From Chloroflexota bacterium (GTDB lineage: Bacteria; Chloroflexota; UBA11872; VXOZ01), in NCBI GenBank assembly GCA_963663275.1, contig OY760183.1, forward strand, positions 1,856,001 through 1,920,000: a stretch of 64,000 nucleotides of DNA, given 5' to 3'. The notes under the pieces were generated by a model, which was given only the letters and a program-made list of their open reading frames with translations, did not search any database and was not told where the DNA came from. The position numbers and the translations under genes are program-made. This document shows positions 57,175 through 64,000 of this stretch, piece by piece. Positions within the stretch are counted from its first letter, which is position 1. The number at the start of each line of letters is the position of its first letter.

Positions 57175-57635
57175 TGCGAGAACGACAAGCGTACCGAGAC
57201 CGGCTGGACACTCTCTTCAGGCAGATTTCAGACACTTCGGACAACCCTTTTCTTCACTCACACCTTGTCCAGTTTGCCTGCGTGTTAGTTTGCGGATATG
57301 TTGAGGTATCGTTGCGCGACATCTTGCAAGAGTACACGCGAACGAGAGCCTCGGCTGAGGTCAGCAACTATGTAAGCAGACGTCTAGACCGGTTTCAGAA
57401 TCCCAGAATGGGAGCCGTTATCGAGTTGGTAGAAGCCTTTAGCAGGGATTGGGCCGACATTTTGAGAGCCAAGACGAGAGACAGTCTCAAGGATCACATT
57501 GATTCGCTCGTGGCCAATAGAAATCAAATCGCACATGGTAGAGATGTGGGACTTAGCCTCGTCCGACTGGAAGAGTATTACCAAAGCGCGAAGAGAGTAA
57601 TCGAACTCGTAGAAGAACAGTGCAACACTGGCTAA
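57174..57635 (+). CDS. HEPN domain protein (RiboL-PSP/MAE_28990-like)
   Basis: GYVE helix and RNQIAHG (Rx4H) motif; TGATG overlap with the DUF262 gene. Confidence 0.85.
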   Translation: MRERQAYRDRLDTLFRQISDTSDNPFLHSHLVQFACVLVCGYVEVSLRDILQEYTRTRASAEVSNYVSRRLDRFQNPRMGAVIELVEAFSRDWADILRAKTRDSLKDHIDSLVANRNQIAHGRDVGLSLVRLEEYYQSAKRVIELVEEQCNTG

Positions 57636-57721
57636 CCCCTGTGTGATCACTCGTGCCAAAAGCGGTGCGGTTCTCTTCCGTTAGGGGCGCAAATAGTCGG
57701 ATTCCACGTTTATTCATGTAC

Positions 57722-57750
57722 TTGACGCTCACATAAGGCGCGGATAAGAT
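57722..57750 (+). promoter_or_regulatory. Sigma70-type promoter for tRNA-Gln
   Basis: TTGACG-17 bp-TAAGAT ending about 10 bp before the tRNA. Confidence 0.6.
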
Positions 57751-57759
57751 TGAATCTGG

Positions 57760-57831
57760 TGGGGCGTCGCCAAGCGGTAAGGCACGGGCCTTTGGAGCCC
57801 GCATACGTAGGTTCGAATCCTACCGCCCCAG
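57760..57831 (+). tRNA. tRNA-Gln (anticodon TTG), CCA not fully encoded
   Basis: TGGGGCGTCGCCAAGCGGTAAGGCACGGGCCTTTGGAGCCCG...GGTTCGAATCCTACCGCCCCAG cloverleaf. Confidence 0.95.
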
Positions 57832-57939
57832 CCGCGCGTTTGCGAGCGGCGCAGAAGGAGGCAGGGTGTTGGCAGCGGCGCAATGCGACGGAGAGCCGGC
57901 GCGTGACCTTGGCGCGCGGCCCGCGCTGCCGGGCAACCC

Positions 57940-59343
57940 ATGACAGAGAGCGACTCGGAACTTCCGCACCAACCCACTGCCGCCATAATCCTGGCTACCG
58001 GCCGGGCAGAGCGGATGCGGTCGCGGCGCGCTGCGGTGATGCACCCGCTGGCGGGCCGCCCCGTGGCCGCCTATGCCGCGCGCGCGGCGCGCAAGGCCGG
58101 TTGCGCGCCGCTGGTGGCGGCCTGCGCCCCTGAGACCGCGCAGTTGCGGGATTGCTTTGGTTCCGCCGTTGTCTGCGCGCCCCAGTCGGACGTTAGCCCG
58201 CTGCAAGCCGCCGTCGCTGCCATTCCGGAGTCCGCGCGCTCGGTGCTGGTCGTCTCCGGCGCAATGCCGCTCCTCTCAGCCGAGACGCTCTCTCGCCTTA
58301 TCCGATGCCAGCAAGAGACGTCCGCCCCGCTGGCGCTGCTCGCCGCCCATCGCCCAGGCGCCGCGCACGGCGGCATCGAGCGCGACTCCACCGGTCGCGG
58401 CGCGCGCATCCTGCATGAGCATGAGGCGGATGCGGCGGGTTCATCGGTGGAAGCCGTTAGCCTCGGCGTGGCGTGCTTTGCGCGCGCGTGGCTCTGGGAA
58501 CACCGCGACGCTCTCCAGGCTGACGATGCAGACTGGCTTGCTTCACTTGCCGCGCTGGCGCTCGCCGAAGGGGCGCCGCTCGAGACGGCGCGCCACGCGG
58601 GCGGAGATATAGAACTCCTGCAAATCGACGACCGCGCAGACCTGGCTTGCGCGGAGAACGCCCTGCGCGAACGGATACGCGCGCGGGCGCTGCGGCGCGG
58701 CGTGACCTTAGCCGATCCGGCGACCGTTTGGATAGACGACACGGTAACGTTCGGGCAGGACGTAACGCTGCTGCCCAACTGCCACCTCTACGGTGACACC
58801 GCGGTGGGCGACAACTGTACGATAGGTCCCGGCACACGGTTGCAGGATACGCGGCTTGCGGCTAACGTTACGGTCATGGAGTCCGTGCTGGAAGGCGCGG
58901 CGGTTGGAGAGAACGCGCGCATCGGGCCGTTTGCCCACTTGCGGGCGGGCACTGTGATTGAGCGCAACGTGGAAATTGGCAACTACGCCGAACTCAAGAA
59001 CACCCGCGTGCGCGCCGGCGCCAAGATACACCACGTTGGCTATCTCGGCGATACCGTGATTGGCAGCGGCGCGAACGTGGGCGCGGGCACGATTACGTGC
59101 AATTACGACGGCGTGGAGAAGCATGAGACCGAAATCGGCGAGGGCGCTTTCATTGGCAGCGGCACGTTGCTCGTAGCGCCGGTGCGCGTCGGAGAGAAGG
59201 CGCTCACGGGCGCGGGTTCTGTGGTCACGCGGGACGTGCCGGCGCGGGCAAAGGCCTACGGTGTGCCGGCGCGGGTGCGCGGCAAACGGGCGCCGGCCCC
59301 AGACGCGGAGCAGGAACAGGCGCGTGAAGAGAAGGGCGTGTGA
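57940..59343 (+). CDS. glmU: GlmU homologue: intact left-handed beta-helix acetyltransferase domain, degenerate N-terminal uridyltransferase domain
   Basis: GPFAHLR, AELKN, HHVGYLGD, NVGAGTITCNYDG, FIGS, GAGSVVT conserved; N-terminal motifs substituted; follows tRNA-Gln. Confidence 0.85.
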   Translation: MTESDSELPHQPTAAIILATGRAERMRSRRAAVMHPLAGRPVAAYAARAARKAGCAPLVAACAPETAQLRDCFGSAVVCAPQSDVSPLQAAVAAIPESARSVLVVSGAMPLLSAETLSRLIRCQQETSAPLALLAAHRPGAAHGGIERDSTGRGARILHEHEADAAGSSVEAVSLGVACFARAWLWEHRDALQADDADWLASLAALALAEGAPLETARHAGGDIELLQIDDRADLACAENALRERIRARALRRGVTLADPATVWIDDTVTFGQDVTLLPNCHLYGDTAVGDNCTIGPGTRLQDTRLAANVTVMESVLEGAAVGENARIGPFAHLRAGTVIERNVEIGNYAELKNTRVRAGAKIHHVGYLGDTVIGSGANVGAGTITCNYDGVEKHETEIGEGAFIGSGTLLVAPVRVGEKALTGAGSVVTRDVPARAKAYGVPARVRGKRAPAPDAEQEQAREEKGV

Positions 59344-59434
59344 ATTGCGGGAAGGGGCATGATTTGGGTGTGAGGGTGTATGATTACGGTGGCGGGGCGG
59401 CAGGAAGGGCGTGCTGTAGCAAGGAGCAAATGAT

Positions 59435-60748
59435 TTGGATCCGTCAAGTTGGGGTCAGATTCTCGGCATTCTCATCCTAACGCTCCTCAACGGGTTCTTT
59501 GCAGCGACAGAAACCTCGGTTATTTCCGTGAGCCGCGCGCGCATCCAGCAACTGGCGGATGACGGCGCTGCCAACGCGCGTATCGTCCATGGCTTTCACC
59601 AGAACATCGACCGCTTCCTGACGACGATCCAGATCGCGATCACCACGGTCGGATTCCTCGCCTCCGCCATCGGCGCGGTGAGTTTTGCCGACGATCTGAG
59701 TCCTTTTGTCGGCAACGAGGTGATCGCCGTCATTATCATTACCTTGTCCATCGCCTTCGTCAGCATCGTCCTGGGCGAAATCGTGCCCAAGACCATGGCG
59801 ATTACTCACGCCGAACGCTTTTCCCTGCTCACGGCACGGGTGATTCTGGTCATCCAGTCGGCTTTCTACCCGCTCGTTTGGCTGATTTCGCGCTCCAGCA
59901 ATCTCATCACGCACCGCTTTGGGCAGGAGGCGCTGACCACGGTCCCCACGGTGACCGAGGAAGAGATCAAGATGATGGTGGATACCGGCGGCAAAGAAGG
60001 CGTGATCGAAGAAGGCGAACGCGAGATGATCCACGGCGTGTTCGAGTTGGGCGAGTTGACCGTGGGCGACATCATGTCTCCCCGTGTGGACATCGTCACC
60101 CTGGAGAGTGACAACACGCTGGTTGACGCTATCCGCGCGTCCGCCGACCACGGCTATTCCCGTATTCCGGTCTATGAAGAGACGATTGACAACATAAAGG
60201 GCGTTGTCTACGTTAAGGACATTCTGCCCTACGTGGCGGCGGACACGCTCGATACGCTCGTGCGCGACGTGATGCGCGAACCCTACTTCGTGCCGGAGTC
60301 GAAGAAGCTGAGCGACTTTCTCCAGGAGATGCAGCAGCGGCGGGTCCACGTGGCCATCTGCGTGGACGAATTCGGCGGCGTGGCCGGCCTGGTGACGATC
60401 GAGGACGTGCTGGAGGAGATTGTGGGCGAAATCCAGGACGAGCACGACGCGGAAGAGCCGCAGGTGGAAATGGTGAATGAACTCGAGGCCGTGGTGGACC
60501 CGGCAATAAGCATGCACGACCTGAACGACGTGCTGGGCATCAGCCTGGAGAATGAGGAGGTGGATACGCTGGGCGGCGTGATCTACGCGCAACTCGGCCG
60601 CATGGCGGATGAAGGCGATGAGTTGCAGATCGACGGCATTACCGTCTCGGTGCTGTCGGTCGAGGGCACGCGCATCCGGAAGGCCCTGGTGCGTAAGGAG
60701 CCGCGGGCGGAACCTTCCGATTCGGGCGAAGAAGGCGGCAGTGGCTAG
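59435..60748 (+). CDS. Hemolysin/CNNM family protein (DUF21-CBS-CBS-CorC)
   Basis: NGFFAATETS, GEIVPK, GYSRIPVY, VDEFGGVAGLVTIEDVLEEIVGEI. Confidence 0.93.
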   Translation: MDPSSWGQILGILILTLLNGFFAATETSVISVSRARIQQLADDGAANARIVHGFHQNIDRFLTTIQIAITTVGFLASAIGAVSFADDLSPFVGNEVIAVIIITLSIAFVSIVLGEIVPKTMAITHAERFSLLTARVILVIQSAFYPLVWLISRSSNLITHRFGQEALTTVPTVTEEEIKMMVDTGGKEGVIEEGEREMIHGVFELGELTVGDIMSPRVDIVTLESDNTLVDAIRASADHGYSRIPVYEETIDNIKGVVYVKDILPYVAADTLDTLVRDVMREPYFVPESKKLSDFLQEMQQRRVHVAICVDEFGGVAGLVTIEDVLEEIVGEIQDEHDAEEPQVEMVNELEAVVDPAISMHDLNDVLGISLENEEVDTLGGVIYAQLGRMADEGDELQIDGITVSVLSVEGTRIRKALVRKEPRAEPSDSGEEGGSG

Positions 60749-60969
60749 CCGCTTGCGGCGGTGGCGCCCGCATGGCGCGTATCAGGTGAGCGAAGCGGCG
60801 AGGCTGTGAGTGAGAAGACTCGCAGCCTTCCGTCATTCACGCGGCGGGCCGGGAACGAGATTTTCTTGCGGCGTGAGAAGGGGGCTTGCCGCTCGTTGGG
60901 GTTGTGTTGCACTGTGTTCACCTTGTTACGCGTTTTGCCCAAGGTGGCGAGTGCGATTCTTGGCAAGAA

Positions 60970-61245
60970 GCAAGGGACAAGCCCCTGCGTTTGGCAACAG
61001 GCGGGGGGGATCGGCCCCGTTTCTGTCCCGATAACGTAGCGCGGGGGCTTGTCCCCCGCCGGCGCAAGAAAAGTGAAAACGGAACAGTTGCCTCTACGGG
61101 AGACGCAGGTTATGCGCACGTCTCGTGCGAACCTGCGTTACCGGAGGAGCGAGCACAGACTTCATTCTCATCGCCTGTAGTGCGACAACAGGGGATAAGC
61201 CCCCGGGCTTGGCAAGAGGCGGGGGACAAGCCCCCGCGCTACGGT
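60970..61245. repeat. Composite REP mosaic (inverted homologue of 52433-52690)
   Basis: GTAGCGCGGGGGCTTGTCCCCCGCC, insert-bearing GCAGGTT unit, GGCGGGGGACAAGCCCCCGCGCTAC. Confidence 0.8.
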
Positions 61246-61340
61246 GAGGCAGGGTAAATCCGGTTCCACCGCCGCGTGAATGAAAGGCAATTTCACGTGC
61301 CGGGCAAGAACGCGGTACGCCGCTAGTCTCTGGCGAACCG

Positions 61341-62105
61341 ATGGCAAAAGAACGAACCTACATTGCGGAAGCGATCGTGCTGCGCCGATCGGACTTTCAG
61401 GAAGCCGATCGGCGCTTGACGCTGCTGACGCCCGACCGGGGCCGCCTGAACGTGGTGGCAAAGGGCGTGCGGCGGCCCACCAGCCGCATGGCGGGGCACC
61501 TGGAACTCTTCACGCTGGCCAAGGTGTTCGTGGTGCGCCGCCGCAGCCTGGACCTGGTGGTGCAGGCGGAAACCGTGCAGACCTTCCCGCAACTGCGCAC
61601 CGATCTCAACCGCTTGCCGTACGCCTACCAGGCCGTGGAGACCGCCCATGTTCTGGTCGAGGAAGAGGTGGAGGCGCACGCGGAGTTCATCTTGCTTTTC
61701 AAGGCGTTGGCGGCGCTCGCCGCGACCGCCGCCTTGCCGCTGGTCTTGGTAGCCTATAAACTACAGCTATTGGCACTGCTGGGGTATCAGACTCAACTCC
61801 ACGAGTGCGCGCGCTGCGGCGGCCCGCTCTCTGTAGAAGACAATAGGATGCGCCCGGACAGCGGCGGCGTAGTCTGCGCCCCCTGCGGGGGAGTTTCGGG
61901 ACAGCCGGTTGAGGTTCGTGCGATCAAGTGCCTGCGCTGGCTGGCGCGCGAGCCGCTGCAAAGCGTCGAACGCCTGCAAGCCGACCCGGCCACCACCGTC
62001 CAACTGGAACAGGCCGCGGACGCCTTTGTGCGCTACGTGGCCGAACAGGACTTGAAGACAACACCCTTCTTGAATCGTATGCGCGCGTTGAAGACACAGT
62101 CGTAA
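61341..62105 (+). CDS. recO: DNA repair protein RecO
   Basis: EAIVLRR.DF.EADR.L.LLT...G.L..VAKGVRR; Zn finger CARC...CAPC. Confidence 0.93.
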   Translation: MAKERTYIAEAIVLRRSDFQEADRRLTLLTPDRGRLNVVAKGVRRPTSRMAGHLELFTLAKVFVVRRRSLDLVVQAETVQTFPQLRTDLNRLPYAYQAVETAHVLVEEEVEAHAEFILLFKALAALAATAALPLVLVAYKLQLLALLGYQTQLHECARCGGPLSVEDNRMRPDSGGVVCAPCGGVSGQPVEVRAIKCLRWLAREPLQSVERLQADPATTVQLEQAADAFVRYVAEQDLKTTPFLNRMRALKTQS

Positions 62106-62116
62106 AGGGATTTGCG

Positions 62117-63457
62117 TTGGCAAAGAAAACCGACACTATGGAAGAGATCGTCAGTCTGTGCAAGCGGCGGGGGTTCGTCTATCCCTCCAGCGAAATCTAC
62201 GGCGGTTTCGAGAGCTTCTGGGACTACGGGCCGCTGGGCATTGCCTTGAAGCGCAACGTGCGCGAGGCCTGGTGGCACAATACCGTGCGCACGCGCCAGA
62301 ACGTGGTGGGCGTGGAGACCGGCGTGGTAATGAATCCCAGCGTGTGGCAGACCACCGGCCACGCTTCCCACTTTGCCGATACGCTGGTGGAGTGCACGAG
62401 TTGCCATCAACGCTTCCGCGTGGACCATCTTGAAGGAGAATCGTGCCCCAATTGCGGGGGCGAATTCACGGAGCCGCGCCGCTTCCTTACCATGTTCAAG
62501 ACGCACGTCGGCCCGGTGGAGGATGATTCCGCCGCGGCCTACCTGCGTCCCGAAACCGCCCAGGGCATGTTCGTGAACTTCAAGAACGTGCTCAATTCGG
62601 CGCGGCTGCGGCTGCCCTTTGGCATTGCGCAGATCGGCAAGTCGTACCGCAATGAGATTACTACCGGAAACTTCATCTTCCGCCAGCGCGAGTTCGAACA
62701 GATGGAACTGGAGTTCTTCTGCGAGCCGGGCACGGACGACGAATGGCACGCCTACTGGCTGGAGGCGCGGCGCCGATGGTACATTGCTTACGGGGTGAAG
62801 GAGGAAAATCTGCGTTTGCGCCAGCACGGGGACGACGAACTGGCGTTCTATGCCAAGTACTGCTGGGACATCGAGTACCGGTTTCCCTTCGGCTGGGGCG
62901 AGTTGGAAGGGATTTCGAACCGCACCGACTACGACCTGCGCAACCACAGCGAGGCTACCGGCGAGGACCTCACGTTCTACGACGAGCAGCGGAGAGAACA
63001 CGTCTCGCCCTACGTGATCGAGCCCGCGGCCGGGGCCGACCGGGCGCTACTGACGTTCCTGCTCGACGCCTACGATACGGACGTTGACGCCAAGGGGGAT
63101 TCACGGGTCGTGCTGCGCTTCCATCCGTTTCTCGCCCCCATCAAGGCGGCGGTCTTGCCGCTGGTGAAGAAGGGCGGGCTGCCGGACATCGCCAGGGAGA
63201 TCGTGGCGGAACTGCAATTGCACTGGGATGTATTCTACGACGAAAGCGGCAGCATCGGCCGCCGCTACCGGCGGCAGGACGAGGTCGGCACGCCCTTCGG
63301 CATTACGGTGGACTTTGAAACCAAAGACGACAGCACGGTGACCGTGCGCCACCGGGACAGCATGGAACAGGAGCGCGTGCCGATTGAGGGACTCGTAGCC
63401 TTCATGGCAGAGCGCATCCGCCCGGAGCCGAATCCTGAGGGCGATGTTGTTAGTTAG
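62117..63457 (+). CDS. glyQS: Glycine--tRNA ligase, homodimeric (alpha2) type
   Basis: LCKRRGF, DYGPLG, YLRPETAQG, QIGKSYRNEIT, REFEQME, ELEGISNRTDYDL, GSIGRRYRRQDE; start re-called to TTG 62117. Confidence 0.96.
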   Translation: MAKKTDTMEEIVSLCKRRGFVYPSSEIYGGFESFWDYGPLGIALKRNVREAWWHNTVRTRQNVVGVETGVVMNPSVWQTTGHASHFADTLVECTSCHQRFRVDHLEGESCPNCGGEFTEPRRFLTMFKTHVGPVEDDSAAAYLRPETAQGMFVNFKNVLNSARLRLPFGIAQIGKSYRNEITTGNFIFRQREFEQMELEFFCEPGTDDEWHAYWLEARRRWYIAYGVKEENLRLRQHGDDELAFYAKYCWDIEYRFPFGWGELEGISNRTDYDLRNHSEATGEDLTFYDEQRREHVSPYVIEPAAGADRALLTFLLDAYDTDVDAKGDSRVVLRFHPFLAPIKAAVLPLVKKGGLPDIAREIVAELQLHWDVFYDESGSIGRRYRRQDEVGTPFGITVDFETKDDSTVTVRHRDSMEQERVPIEGLVAFMAERIRPEPNPEGDVVS

Positions 63458-63661
63458 CTAATTGACGACATAGCGGAAGGGCTCGCCAGAGCCGCCTCTG
63501 CCTTGACGTCTTACACGCTTTTCTTTGATCAATGACCTGAGTACCTGATTGACTCGCTGTTGGTACCCGTTCTGACCAAAAAGCGTTTCAGCCAACTCCC
63601 GCTCAGTTCTTCCGGGGTGGTTCCTAATTAGCACCAGGAGCCTGTCAGCAATCGTCTCCAT
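63458..63661 (-). CDS. Small winged-helix-like hypothetical protein
   Basis: IRNHPGRTERELAETL...VNQVLRSL...RV wHTH-like pattern; lower GC; AAGGTG RBS. Confidence 0.6.
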   Translation of the reverse strand: METIADRLLVLIRNHPGRTERELAETLFGQNGYQQRVNQVLRSLIKEKRVRRQGRGGSGEPFRYVVN

Positions 63662-63675
63662 GTAAGGGGCTCACC

Positions 63676-63999
63676 TTAGGCCTTCAGACTCTCCGCGTAC
63701 TCGGCGATGAACGCATCAACCTCACCGCCCTTCAAGTCTCCGGGACGGAAGTCGCGCAGCGCCTGCACCGCGTCCGCCGGCGCGTAGCCTGCGTACTTCA
63801 CCAAGTACCCTGCCAGGACCGTACCGGCCCCGCCGTAACCGGAGCCTCAGTGAATGAGGGCTTTGTCGTCGCGCAGGGCCGCCGCGTGCAGGGACTCGAC
63901 GGCGGCGTCCAGCGTTGCCAGGTCGCTGCTCGCGCCGCTGAACTGCTCGACCGTCATGCCGAGGCGTTCGATGGTGGCCGTATCGGGTTCGTTGCGGGT
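63676..63999 (-). CDS. PTP/dual-specificity-phosphatase-fold protein (5' truncated by window) with in-frame TGA at the catalytic Cys; candidate selenoprotein
   Basis: Hand translation: TRNEPDTATIERLGMTVEQFSGASSDLATLDAAVESLHAAALRDDKALIH*GSGYGGAGTVLAGYLVKYAGYAPADAVQALRDFRPGDLKGGEVDAFIAEYAESLKA-stop; TGA at 63849-63847. Confidence 0.7.
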
Positions 64000-64000
64000 G

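Noticed and set aside
57760-57835. tRNA-targeted integrative element or prophage att site
   Set aside because: No duplicated tRNA 3' end, integrase or phage gene was seen; glmU follows directly.

Overview
GC-rich bacterial chromosomal segment, most likely Chloroflexota (inferred from the rpsF-ssb-rpsR order, recO followed by a homodimeric-type glyQS, and a Chlor_Arch_YYY/DUF2298 membrane protein). It is mostly housekeeping and catabolic genes: DinG, PrsA, rpsF/ssb/rpsR, tRNA-Leu(TAA), a fused CydDC-like ABC exporter, pyrE, form II cox-like S-L-M plus coxG, ArgA-type GNAT, a glycosylation locus, M16 peptidase, Mrp, tRNA-Gln(TTG), glmU, CNNM/hemolysin, recO and glyQS. Several visibly lower-GC one- or two-gene islets are interspersed: DUF5678-like plus retropepsin, DUF4062-STAND NTPase, two PD-(D/E)xK nuclease-like genes, and DUF262 plus HEPN. 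About eight families of REP-like palindromes fill the intergenic spaces, form composite units and tandem arrays, and have entered two coding sequences in frame. Most notable: (1) a protein-tyrosine/dual-specificity-phosphatase-fold gene at the right edge, missed by the ORF track, has an in-frame TGA exactly at the catalytic Cys (candidate selenoprotein); (2) REP-derived polarised 11-aa repeats inside the DUF2298 protein; (3) a GlmU whose uridyltransferase site is degenerate; (4) an orphan pseudo-histidine kinase coupled to an HtrA protease; (5) a secreted modular protein bracketed by ~170-bp direct repeats. All family assignments come from motif recognition by eye, not database searches.
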